Shown here: piece after piece, positions 8,745-17,629 of the stretch
Position numbering within the stretch: position 1 is the first letter of the stretch
Layout: every line of letters starts with the position of its first letter
From: Fidelibacterota bacterium
Lineage (GTDB): Bacteria; Fidelibacterota; Marinisomatia; Marinisomatales; TCS55
DNA: 64,000 nucleotides
Assembly (NCBI GenBank): GCA_029936965.1
Contig: JAPYRG010000003.1
Coordinates: forward strand, 31,417 to 95,416
Reading direction: 5' to 3'
Notes under the pieces: model-generated
Databases searched by the model: none
What the model saw: only the letters and a program-made list of their open reading frames with translations
Told to the model about the DNA's origin: nothing
Translations under genes and position numbers: made by a program

Positions 8745-10016
8745 ATGAGTGAAAAAATTAAAAGTATTATTACTTGTGATCTTGACGGAAAAATTGAAAC
8801 ATTAAGTAAAGGTGCTGTAGAATTATTTGGATACTCTGAAGATGAGATGGTTGGTAAAGGTCGAGTAAGTGACTTTAGTGATGGAGAGATTGTACTAGGT
8901 CATGTTGTAAATTGGTTGAATGAATCCGTTGAAAAAGGAGCATGGGAAGGGAATAGCGTATTCCTCCATAAAAACGGCAGGGAAATCCCTTGTGAAATTA
9001 AGATTACTCCAACAAAAAATAATAATAATGAACATATTGGCTATTGCGGTGTAACAACTCCTCTTAAAGATAAAACTCCTGAAGAAGTAAGACCTAAAAT
9101 CAGCCTTATGACAAAAATTTTTAAATGGATGGTCATTATGCGCCTACCTTTTTTAAGCGCTACCTTTGTTCCTATCTTTGCTGGAGCTTCCGTTACTGCT
9201 ATGCTAGGTCAAGAGGTAAGTTGGGGATGGCTTGGCCTAACTTTACTTGCAGGTTCATTATTGCATATAGGCACCAACACATCCAATGACTATTTTGACC
9301 ATATGAGTGGTACCGATGCGCTTAATTATAATTATAGCAATAAAGGCTTAAATGGTGGAAGTCGAAGTATTCAGATGGGTCTTATTTCGCCTAAAGGAAT
9401 ATTGATAGTAGCTATAGCGACATTTGCTCTTAGCGCTATTGTAGGCGTCCCATTAATCATGAAATCTGGACTACCTATTCTATGGTTAGGTTTAATTGGT
9501 TTTTTTTCAGGTCTGTTTTATACAGCTCCACCTTTCAAATTTTCCGCTAGGAAAGGTATAGGTGAACTATTAATTGGGCTGAATTTTGGTCCTTTAATGG
9601 TAGCTGGGAGTGCTCTTGTTCAAACTGGTCAATTATTACCAGAAGCTTTCCTTGCAGGCATACCTATTGGCTTTCTTATTGCTGCAGTTGTTTACATGAA
9701 TGAGTTCCCTGATCATGATAGCGATAAGGCTACAGGGAAAAATACTCTCATTGTTGTTTTAGGACCCGAAAGGGCTAGGGCTGGGTATGTAGCTTTAATA
9801 ACATCTGCATTTATTAGTATAATTATTTTAGCTGTTAATGGAACTTTTCCAAAGCTATCATTGATTGCTTTATTAGCAATTTATTTTGGTTTTACAGCTA
9901 CTAAAACCTTATACAAGTATTATAATGATAGGCTGCTCCAGCCAGCAAACTGGGGAACTATTATTATGCACAGTGTAACAGGTATCCTCTTTTGTATAGG
10001 GATTTGGAATGGATAA
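8745..10016 (+). CDS. menA: PAS domain fused to a UbiA-family prenyltransferase (MenA-like 1,4-dihydroxy-2-naphthoate polyprenyltransferase)
   Basis: Residues 1-110 have a PAS pattern (ITCDLDGKIETLSKGAVELFGYSEDEMVGKG...KNGREIPCEIKITP). The remainder is polytopic with the UbiA motifs NTSNDYFDHMSGTD and YMNEFPDHDSDKATGKNTL. Confidence 0.8.
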   Translation: MSEKIKSIITCDLDGKIETLSKGAVELFGYSEDEMVGKGRVSDFSDGEIVLGHVVNWLNESVEKGAWEGNSVFLHKNGREIPCEIKITPTKNNNNEHIGYCGVTTPLKDKTPEEVRPKISLMTKIFKWMVIMRLPFLSATFVPIFAGASVTAMLGQEVSWGWLGLTLLAGSLLHIGTNTSNDYFDHMSGTDALNYNYSNKGLNGGSRSIQMGLISPKGILIVAIATFALSAIVGVPLIMKSGLPILWLGLIGFFSGLFYTAPPFKFSARKGIGELLIGLNFGPLMVAGSALVQTGQLLPEAFLAGIPIGFLIAAVVYMNEFPDHDSDKATGKNTLIVVLGPERARAGYVALITSAFISIIILAVNGTFPKLSLIALLAIYFGFTATKTLYKYYNDRLLQPANWGTIIMHSVTGILFCIGIWNG

Positions 10017-10025
10017 TCTACTGAA

Positions 10026-10868
10026 TTATCTCAGATAGATTATCTTACGAGTTTCACTAAAGGATGGTGTAACTAGTTTCACAAAATATACGCCAGTAGG
10101 AAACAGTGAGGCATTCCATTGCATACTGTGATACCCAGGAGAAAAATTATCTGATAGGAGATTATCTACTTTTTCACCTAATAGATTATAGACTGAAATA
10201 TTGGTAAAATTTTTCTCGGATAATTCAAAATTAATAGTGATAGAAGGATTAAAAGGATTAGGATAACAATTTTTAATTCTTGAATTACTAGGAATCAAAA
10301 CATCTGACAATGATAAAGTTGATAATTCAGATAATGAACTATTTAATACAGCTAAAAAATCATTACCAAATGGTGGCATAATATATCCACGAGAAGTATA
10401 AACAACTTTCATCTCATGATTAATTAATACATGATGGGGTACAGATCCTCTTGTGAACATATTACGTATATCGGAACTATTATCATCAACTATCGGGTAT
10501 GATACGCCAAATGATTCTTCCCAATCCTTGCATTCCATTGGCCCTCTCCATCCATTGCCTACTCCAATTGTCATTAAACCTAAATTAGAGAATTGTTCAG
10601 ATATTGTTTGAGTATAAGAGGCCTCAAGCTGACAGCTACGACTAGTCGGGTTAAAGAATATCAACCAAATAACAAAATAATCAGCATTATTTTCTGATCC
10701 ATTATAATCATATAAAAACATTGTTTGATTAATTTCAGTACATATTGTACCCGAAAAATCAGATACAGTATCTCCAACCTTATAGATCTGAGATGATAAT
10801 TCCGAGGCTATCTGTCCTGACAGAGTTGATACAATAAGTATAAATGATATAATTATTCTTTTATTCAT
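10026..10868 (-). CDS. Secreted TlpA/redoxin-like thioredoxin-fold protein with T9SS C-terminal sorting domain
   Basis: Signal peptide from the ATG at 10868 (MNKRIIISFILIV). The redoxin-like core has SRSC where CxxC is expected. The C-terminal about 80 aa, CYPNPFNPSITINFEL...GVYFVKL, is a typical T9SS CTD. Confidence 0.6.
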   Translation of the reverse strand: MNKRIIISFILIVSTLSGQIASELSSQIYKVGDTVSDFSGTICTEINQTMFLYDYNGSENNADYFVIWLIFFNPTSRSCQLEASYTQTISEQFSNLGLMTIGVGNGWRGPMECKDWEESFGVSYPIVDDNSSDIRNMFTRGSVPHHVLINHEMKVVYTSRGYIMPPFGNDFLAVLNSSLSELSTLSLSDVLIPSNSRIKNCYPNPFNPSITINFELSEKNFTNISVYNLLGEKVDNLLSDNFSPGYHSMQWNASLFPTGVYFVKLVTPSFSETRKIIYLR

Positions 10869-10960
10869 TTTATCGAATATTCTATGCTTTTTGCATTTAG
10901 AACATAATGTTACATCGAAAAACATAATGGAAAAAACAATTTTTTATTAATTGACGGAAT

Positions 10961-13591
10961 TTAAAAACCGATCTGTATTGAAACTGTGGGTGTGAAACCA
11001 AGCATTATTACATCCGTAGTAATAAAAGGATCAACAAATAAATTATATGATCTATGGCTAATATTTTTTCGATCGAATACATTAAATATTGATATTCCTA
11101 TATCTAGACTTTTTTCCATAAAATACATTGACCGATTTAAGCTTAGATCAATTCGTTGTACAATGGGTAATCTTTTGCTGTTTCTTGTGCCTGGTTCTGC
11201 TTGAAGTGTATAGTTGGCATTTTCATTTTCGCGAATCATAAGATTATTATTAGACGTAAATACGCGGCCAGAAGAAATAAGGCCTGTGATACTTAATGTC
11301 CATTTCCCTAGTGAACTAATTAAAACTGATTTTAGCTCATGCGTTCTATCGTGATCTGCAAGAAAAACCTCTCCCCCATTTAACTCTGGAAACTTAAACT
11401 GTATAGTTCCATAGTTATATGAAGCCCAACCATTCAATTTCCCATACTTTTTATGAAAAAATAATTCAAAACCGTTTGATTGTCCTGTTCCTTGAAAAAT
11501 CAAATTATTGCTTGATTCACTATACACATCAATAGGAAATACTAATTGTGAAAAGTCCGAAATATTACTTACAGTTTTATTGTATAAATCAAAACCAAAG
11601 AAAAAATCTGGAGTATTATATTCAAATCCAAAATTCTTCTGTATTGAGCTCATTGGTTCCATATATTTATTAGGAATTAGCCAAACAAACTTGCTTCCAT
11701 TAGTAATTACGTCATTACTAAATCTATTTAAGAATTGATGTGCTCGGCTCCCGGATACTTTTAAACTAAGCTGATTTGATAAGTGATAAGATGCAGTGAA
11801 TCTGGGGTCAAAGAATATTTTATTTCCTTTACTAAATTTTTCTGATCGCACACCAATTAATAGTTCAATATTTGATGAGACAACCCATCTATCTTGGATA
11901 TAACCTTCAATTAAATTTCCTTTAATCTTTTCATTAATAAAAATAATAGAATCGCCTAAATCCACAGAATAATCTGTTTTATAGATTGTTTTTGCTAATC
12001 CTACTTCGATCAAATGATTTTGTCTGTAATTATAAGTAAGATTAACTCTACATGTTTGATCTGTAATTTGATTTTTGTCCTGCGAAAGATAGACTGGAGT
12101 TGTAGAAGTATCTAGGCTCCAATAACTATTAAGTAAATGATTGCTTATGTACTTTATATTTGATAAAAATAATTGTGAAGTCACTTTTTCTGTCCATCGA
12201 TGCAACCATCTGCCAGATACTCCATTATTTCCCCATCTTGTTTTTTCTTTTGTCTTTACTTGATCAACTCCAATAGAATCTAATGGAAAGTCAAAATTCT
12301 TTTTTTCTCCTAAATAATCTTTACCCTCATAAAATGAAATTGAAATAATATCTTTTTTAGTAGGTAGATAAGTGAATTTTCCATTTATATCATAAAAGTA
12401 AAAATTTGGTAAATATTGTGACTCGTACGTTACAGAATCTGATGGCAATTCTGATCCAATATTTAAACCACTTCCTGAAATAAGAAAATCGTGAATTTTA
12501 TCATATAGTTTTGTTTGATATTTATCGGTAAATGATCGACGAGCAGAAAGAATAAAGCTACCACGTTTGGACAATGGTTGTTGATAAGTAAATCCTGCGC
12601 TTAGCATATTTGTAAATAAATCTAATTTCTGTTTTTTAGTGCTTCCAGATTTTCCAGTAATATCAATAATACTTGATATCCCTCCTCCAAATTTTGCTGG
12701 AAAACCACTTCTATATATCTGAACATCTTTTACTATGTTAGAATTAATTGAGCTAAAGAAACCAAAAAAATGATCTACTTGGTAAATTGTCATACCATCA
12801 AGTATGATACGATTTTGGTCAGGTGTTCCTCCGCGTATAAATAATCCTGCAAATCCTGAATTTCCCATTTGAATACCAGGTAATAACTGTAATGAGCGAA
12901 AAACATCTGATTCTCCAATATTGGGTAGATTTGTTATATGTCTTGGAGAAAATGCTAATTCTCCAAGATTTGTTGAACGTTGTAAAAACTCAATCTTTTC
13001 ACCAAAAATATTGATGGTCTCTATTCCTAGAATTTTTGGTATTATTTCAAAATAATTAACAGCATCAAAGTCATTATTAATAACCTTTAGAGGATGGTAT
13101 CCTATATATGAAATAATTAGTGTATCTGTTATGCCTATATTTCCAGAAATATTAAAGAAACCATATTCATCGCTCATTGTTCCCAAAGAACTATTTTTAA
13201 TATATATGTTAGCATGGGGTATATATTCACCGCTTTTGGCATCAATTATATAGCCAGATATAGTTTCATTTTTTCTATTATTAATTATTATATACTGATA
13301 TTTGTTTTTTTTCCAATCTAAAGAAGTATTATGTAAAAGAGATTTTATTGCTTCATCGCTATTACAATTATTACATATTGCATTGATATTTATATTGTTA
13401 ATTAATTGATCTCTATAAACTATATTCAAATCATATGTGGAAACCAAGGAATCAAGTGCCAGCTTTAATGGCTTATCAATAAACGAATAATTAATTATAG
13501 AATTTTGGCTGAATACTGATGAAATATTAAGGAATAATAATATTCCAATAATGTAAATAAAATTAGTAAAAGATGTATGTTTCCTCTTCAA
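10961..13591 (-). CDS. TonB-dependent receptor/transducer with N-terminal STN signalling domain
   Basis: 876 aa. STN-like region (KPLKLALDSLVSTYDLNIVYRDQL), CarboxypepD_reg-like segment (ISGYIIDAKSGEYIPHANIYI), plug (LPGIQ, LFIRGGTPDQNRIILDGMTIY) and barrel. It overlaps the FecR gene by 29 nt. Confidence 0.85.
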   Translation of the reverse strand: MKRKHTSFTNFIYIIGILLFLNISSVFSQNSIINYSFIDKPLKLALDSLVSTYDLNIVYRDQLINNININAICNNCNSDEAIKSLLHNTSLDWKKNKYQYIIINNRKNETISGYIIDAKSGEYIPHANIYIKNSSLGTMSDEYGFFNISGNIGITDTLIISYIGYHPLKVINNDFDAVNYFEIIPKILGIETINIFGEKIEFLQRSTNLGELAFSPRHITNLPNIGESDVFRSLQLLPGIQMGNSGFAGLFIRGGTPDQNRIILDGMTIYQVDHFFGFFSSINSNIVKDVQIYRSGFPAKFGGGISSIIDITGKSGSTKKQKLDLFTNMLSAGFTYQQPLSKRGSFILSARRSFTDKYQTKLYDKIHDFLISGSGLNIGSELPSDSVTYESQYLPNFYFYDINGKFTYLPTKKDIISISFYEGKDYLGEKKNFDFPLDSIGVDQVKTKEKTRWGNNGVSGRWLHRWTEKVTSQLFLSNIKYISNHLLNSYWSLDTSTTPVYLSQDKNQITDQTCRVNLTYNYRQNHLIEVGLAKTIYKTDYSVDLGDSIIFINEKIKGNLIEGYIQDRWVVSSNIELLIGVRSEKFSKGNKIFFDPRFTASYHLSNQLSLKVSGSRAHQFLNRFSNDVITNGSKFVWLIPNKYMEPMSSIQKNFGFEYNTPDFFFGFDLYNKTVSNISDFSQLVFPIDVYSESSNNLIFQGTGQSNGFELFFHKKYGKLNGWASYNYGTIQFKFPELNGGEVFLADHDRTHELKSVLISSLGKWTLSITGLISSGRVFTSNNNLMIRENENANYTLQAEPGTRNSKRLPIVQRIDLSLNRSMYFMEKSLDIGISIFNVFDRKNISHRSYNLFVDPFITTDVIMLGFTPTVSIQIGF

Positions 13592-14444
13592 ATCTATAAG
13601 ACCGTTGAGATAAGATGGCTAAAGTTGTTAATACTCCATCTAAATCTTTAGCATCAATTACACCAGTAATTGAAATACTATTTAATTGATTACTATCCAG
13701 TACAATATTCACATCAAATTTACGTTCAATTTGATTACATACAGTCTCAAGATTTGTTTTGTTTAGAATCAACTTATTATGAATCCATCCAGGATATTCA
13801 GGATGAGGAATCACTTGTGATGTAAGAGTTTGATTATCAATATAATGACCTTGTCTTACTATCACATCTTCTGGTTGTTTGTTTTCAATATTTGGATTAA
13901 AAGATACAGCGCCTTCGTTAACAACGACTTCAATCATATCATTCCTGGAGTTAATATTGAACTTTGTACCCAATACAGTAACAGAACCATGTCTTGTATT
14001 TACTATGAAAGGAGAAGTGCCTTTTTCTACTTGGAAATACCCTTCTCCAGTTAAAATAACGTTTCTAGTTTCTGAATTATAGTCTCTTCTATATTTTAAT
14101 GAGCTTTCTGCATTGATTGTTATGATTGTACCATCAGCTAAATTGAATTCTTTCTGGCTTCCTCTATCAGCATATACAGAAATATTATATATTTTATCAT
14201 AAATGGTTGGCGCTAATAAAAGAAAAACAAATAAAATTGTAAAAGCGTATACCAGTCTAGATTGCATAAAAGGAAATAATCGTCCAGATTGTATCTTAGA
14301 TGGAGCATTTTGTTCCATATCCAACCGTTGCTCCAAACGCATCCATGCATCTGAAGTATCGGGAGAATTATGCATCTTTAACTTCCTAGTTAATTCCCAA
14401 ATAACTTTTAAATCATCTGGTAATTTATTTTTAAATGTACTCAA
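13563..14444 (-). CDS. FecR family anti-sigma factor / sensor
   Basis: 293 aa with a single TM segment (LVYAFTILFVFLLLAP). The FecR-like periplasmic domain reads LADGTIITINAESSLKY...VILTGEGYFQV...VNTRHGSVTVLGTKFNI. Confidence 0.8.
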   Translation of the reverse strand: MSTFKNKLPDDLKVIWELTRKLKMHNSPDTSDAWMRLEQRLDMEQNAPSKIQSGRLFPFMQSRLVYAFTILFVFLLLAPTIYDKIYNISVYADRGSQKEFNLADGTIITINAESSLKYRRDYNSETRNVILTGEGYFQVEKGTSPFIVNTRHGSVTVLGTKFNINSRNDMIEVVVNEGAVSFNPNIENKQPEDVIVRQGHYIDNQTLTSQVIPHPEYPGWIHNKLILNKTNLETVCNQIERKFDVNIVLDSNQLNSISITGVIDAKDLDGVLTTLAILSQRSYRFEEETYIFY

Positions 14445-14519
14445 CGGATTCCTCTGCGAATATTTTTAATATATTTTTTCCATTCACTAAATATATAACG
14501 ATCATATTTCAATAATTAC

Positions 14520-15065
14520 TTACAAATAATCCTTTAATTTTGAACGTAATACTTTTAACGCTCTATACAGTTGATTCTCAACAGTGCGGCGTGAAACCTC
14601 TAATAATTCTGCTATATCTTGATTTGCCAAGCCATTAACTCTGCTTAAAATAAATATTTCTCTACATTTCTCAGGTAAGCTATTATTAACAATGCTATGA
14701 ATTTTATCTTCTAAAATTTTTGATTCATATTGTATAGCTGGATTATCAACACCTGACTGCGTTAGCTGGGGTATATGTTCCTGATGTCGTAGTTTCACCT
14801 TTTCGTGTCGAAAATAATCCATACAAAGATTATTACTAATTTTTGCAATATAGGAAAAAAAAGACTGATTTGGTTTTATGCTATTTCTATGTTTCCATAC
14901 ACGAAGAAATGTATCCTGTACAATATCATCAGCAATCACTTCGTCCTTTACTCTATATAATACGAAATTAAATAATGATTGATGGTATTTTGTAAATAAA
15001 TCACGTAATGAATTCTTGTCAGATTTTTTTAAACAACTAAGTAGCTTTTGATCCTTGTTTGGCAT
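14520..15065 (-). CDS. ECF-type RNA polymerase sigma-70 factor
   Basis: 181 aa. Region 2 (DDIVQDTFLRVW) and a region 4 HTH (LANQDIAELLEVSRRTVENQLYRA). Confidence 0.85.
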   Translation of the reverse strand: MPNKDQKLLSCLKKSDKNSLRDLFTKYHQSLFNFVLYRVKDEVIADDIVQDTFLRVWKHRNSIKPNQSFFSYIAKISNNLCMDYFRHEKVKLRHQEHIPQLTQSGVDNPAIQYESKILEDKIHSIVNNSLPEKCREIFILSRVNGLANQDIAELLEVSRRTVENQLYRALKVLRSKLKDYL

Positions 15066-15148
15066 ACAAATGAATTATTAATAAATTTATGAGTGAATTT
15101 ACGATTACAAATTACAAGATATAATCACTTGGATTATTTCTTATGATA

Positions 15149-15178
15149 TATAAAAAACGGACAAAAGTTTGTCCGTTT
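15149..15178 (-). terminator. Rho-independent terminator downstream of tRNA-Asn
   Basis: On the minus strand, stem AAACGGAC / GTCCGTTT (extendable by A-T pairs) is followed by TTTTTTATA. Confidence 0.55.
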
Positions 15179-15185
15179 ATATCTG

Positions 15186-15258
15186 CTCCGGAGGAGGGAC
15201 TCGAACCCCCGACAAAGTGGTTAACAGCCACCTGCTCTACCAACTGAGCTACTCCGGA
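15186..15258 (-). tRNA. tRNA-Asn (anticodon GUU)
   Basis: The reverse complement reads TCCGGAG TA GCTCAGTTGGTAGAGC A GGTGG CTGTTAA CCACT TTGTC GGGGGTTCGAGTCCCTC CTCCGGA G. This is a full cloverleaf with anticodon loop CTGTTAA. Confidence 0.85.
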
Positions 15259-15318
15259 ATGATTATTACTATTTAAAGGCGAAGCGAATTTATATTATTT
15301 TAATATTCCTTCAAATCG

Positions 15319-17409
15319 CTACATTTCTTTTTCAGCAATCAACATTTTATCATTTCCGAATAGGCCATGATCAATTTGGTCTTTATTTAAATATACTATT
15401 CCGTCCTCATTATGAGATTTTCCAAACCTAGAATGAATTGATTTTAACCCCCCCAGCCATTTTCTTTTATCAGATAAATATACTAAATCACCAACTGCAG
15501 CGCCTAATTTTATAAGATCATTCTTGGAACACATGATCTCATCTTCATTGTGATTTGATAATTGTAATTTTACTTCAACTTTTTCTCCAAATTTTTCATT
15601 TAGTTTTGATCCTTTAAATGCTTGTTTCCCTTCGTTAATAGAATAAACAGTAAGTCCCTTTGTCGATAATTCTTCATCATACTTACCATAATAAGTAACA
15701 ATTATTGGAAAAAAAACAATAATGAATATGGGGAAAATATATTGAAAGGAACTTGATCCAAGGATAACTAATAAAAATGAAACGCCAGCAATTACAGATA
15801 AAATCAACATAATAGTATTACTATTATTATTTTTCTTAATTACTGATACTATATTATTTTGAATAAATGTTGTCATAGTTACAAATACACCTACACCTAC
15901 ACAAACAATTAGATTATAAAAAGCACGTATATATGAATATGGACGATCTGAATTCATTTCTATACCATGATCAAATGGTGAAATAAAAACTTCAGGAAAC
16001 CTTGCACCTAATATCATAAGCGCTACTCCACCTAAAAATGTTGTAATTACTCCTGCTGGAGTAAATCTCTTCCAAAATACACCCATAAATATTGCTACTA
16101 CCAAAGGTGGCGTTAAAGTTGAATGAAAATAACCATGTGCTTCATATACTGTTGGAAATTGAATAAAAGCTAAGACTGATAACACCCCTGCTGCGGTAAT
16201 TACCATTGAAGTTATTCTTGCTGCGAATAACTCCTCTTTATCTTTTTGCTTATCATCTGTGTATTCCTTTTTCGCATACTTCATTATAGGTCGATATACA
16301 TCATTCACAAAAATTGCAGCTGTTGCATTAATTAATGTATCAACAGTTGACATTAATGCAGCGGTAAGTGCCGCCATAATAAAACCAAATATTCCAGGGC
16401 TAGTTACTATACTTGCTACTACAACGAATATTTCATCAGGACTGGTACTTGGACTTACAATGCTTGGATCCATAACAGATATGGCTTTACCTAACCAACC
16501 AGCGTTCCCAACAACAATTGCAGACAAAGGTAAAACAAATAAAATATTAATTGTTGCTGCTTTACGGCCTTCATTAACGCTTTTACATGCCATAAATCTC
16601 ATTAATAATCCTTGATTCATAAATAAGAATCCAACAGAACCCGCCACAGCATCTTGCCAAAAAATTCCTACAAAATTAAAACTAGATGGTTTATTAAAAT
16701 CTGCGAGAGGTAATTTCCAAGATAAAGGCAATAGATCCCAAAACTCCTGACCACCTCCTACATAAGAAATGCCAAGAATAAATAGTAGAAATCCAGCAAA
16801 AAGCAATATAAACCCTTGCAGTAAATCGGTAAAGATTACAGCTGTTTGTCCACCAAAAGTGATATATATACCTGTAATTATTGCTATAACAATAATAGCT
16901 CTCATTAGCGTAATCTCTATTATACTTCCAAAAATATAGAATGATTCAGGGAGCATAGGGATAATAGCTTTACCTAGAGTTAAAAAACCAATTCCAATAT
17001 ATCCGATCATATAAAATAAAAGTAAAATCGTCGCTAAAAATCTTGCTGAAGGGTTAAATCTTTTTTCAAAATACTCTGGAATTGAACGAACTTTTGAATA
17101 AACTATTATCGGCAACCAACCAAACATAAAAAAAGGTATGAAAAACCAATCATTTAAGTAGGTCATAGATGAGCTAAAACCATGTTCAAAACCTTTAGCA
17201 GAATATTTTACAAAACTATGACTACCAACACCAGTAGCTACTATAGACATTGTTATTAGCCACCAACTAAATCTTCTTCCCCCAAAGAAGAAATCAGAAG
17301 TATTTTTTGTATACCTTCCGAAATATGTTCCAAATAGCATAATGGCTAAGAAATATATCACCATCACTATCCAGTCAGTCGAAGTCCCTATATTATGAAA
17401 ATTCTCCAC
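15319..17409 (-). CDS. Sodium:solute symporter (SSF) family transporter with extra C-terminal TMs and a soluble C-terminal domain of about 130 aa
   Basis: 696 aa. The polytopic core is typical of the SSF/SGLT family. After about residue 530 come two further TM segments and a hydrophilic tail. Confidence 0.8.
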   Translation of the reverse strand: MENFHNIGTSTDWIVMVIYFLAIMLFGTYFGRYTKNTSDFFFGGRRFSWWLITMSIVATGVGSHSFVKYSAKGFEHGFSSSMTYLNDWFFIPFFMFGWLPIIVYSKVRSIPEYFEKRFNPSARFLATILLLFYMIGYIGIGFLTLGKAIIPMLPESFYIFGSIIEITLMRAIIVIAIITGIYITFGGQTAVIFTDLLQGFILLFAGFLLFILGISYVGGGQEFWDLLPLSWKLPLADFNKPSSFNFVGIFWQDAVAGSVGFLFMNQGLLMRFMACKSVNEGRKAATINILFVLPLSAIVVGNAGWLGKAISVMDPSIVSPSTSPDEIFVVVASIVTSPGIFGFIMAALTAALMSTVDTLINATAAIFVNDVYRPIMKYAKKEYTDDKQKDKEELFAARITSMVITAAGVLSVLAFIQFPTVYEAHGYFHSTLTPPLVVAIFMGVFWKRFTPAGVITTFLGGVALMILGARFPEVFISPFDHGIEMNSDRPYSYIRAFYNLIVCVGVGVFVTMTTFIQNNIVSVIKKNNNSNTIMLILSVIAGVSFLLVILGSSSFQYIFPIFIIVFFPIIVTYYGKYDEELSTKGLTVYSINEGKQAFKGSKLNEKFGEKVEVKLQLSNHNEDEIMCSKNDLIKLGAAVGDLVYLSDKRKWLGGLKSIHSRFGKSHNEDGIVYLNKDQIDHGLFGNDKMLIAEKEM

Positions 17410-17413
17410 AAAC

Positions 17414-17629
17414 TTATTGAAGTGCTAAAATTGTGAATAAACCATGAACGATCATAAACCACGCATAACCTAAAAAAAATACCTTCATCCAAGTGCGATG
17501 GTGAGGTCGATTTAAATCAATTGCCCCTGTTTTCCATACAATATAAACTCCTGAGAAAAAGAAAATACCGCCAATCCCATAGAGATACATGTAAGGTAGC
17601 CAAGAATGAGAAAAATAATCCATTATCAA
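17414..17629 (-). CDS. Small 2-TM membrane protein, possible accessory subunit of the downstream symporter
   Basis: 71 aa with two hydrophobic helices. There is a 4-nt gap to the SSF gene and a 4-nt overlap with the HIT gene. The function is inferred only from position. Confidence 0.4.
   Translation of the reverse strand: MIMDYFSHSWLPYMYLYGIGGIFFFSGVYIVWKTGAIDLNRPHHRTWMKVFFLGYAWFMIVHGLFTILALQ

Noticed and set aside
16259-16615. 118-aa plus-strand ORF antisense to the SSF symporter. Similar antisense or nested ORFs occur at 767..1027, 3119..3325, 5291..5491, 7504..7707, 10986..11204, 11508..11738, 13830..14082, 14203..14469, 17521..17859, 18267..18527, 19177..19686, 21496..21696, 21754..21939, 22162..22413, 23586..23870, 26244..26480, 27581..27814, 28428..28742, 29213..29410, 30220..30480, 32515..32753, 33049..33240, 35132..35317, 35991..36245, 37739..38041, 38988..39468, 42539..42757, 42881..43111, 45114..45296, 47525..47775, 48926..49174, 49418..49762, 49891..50157, 51936..52124, 53641..53962, 54227..54946, 56195..56401, 57442..57666, 62275..62460 and 63223..63447.
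   Set aside because: All lie inside, or opposite, long ORFs with clear family signatures. Their low-complexity, Ile/Leu/Ser/Phe-rich translations are typical of shadow frames in AT-rich DNA. None has a recognisable motif or ribosome-binding site.
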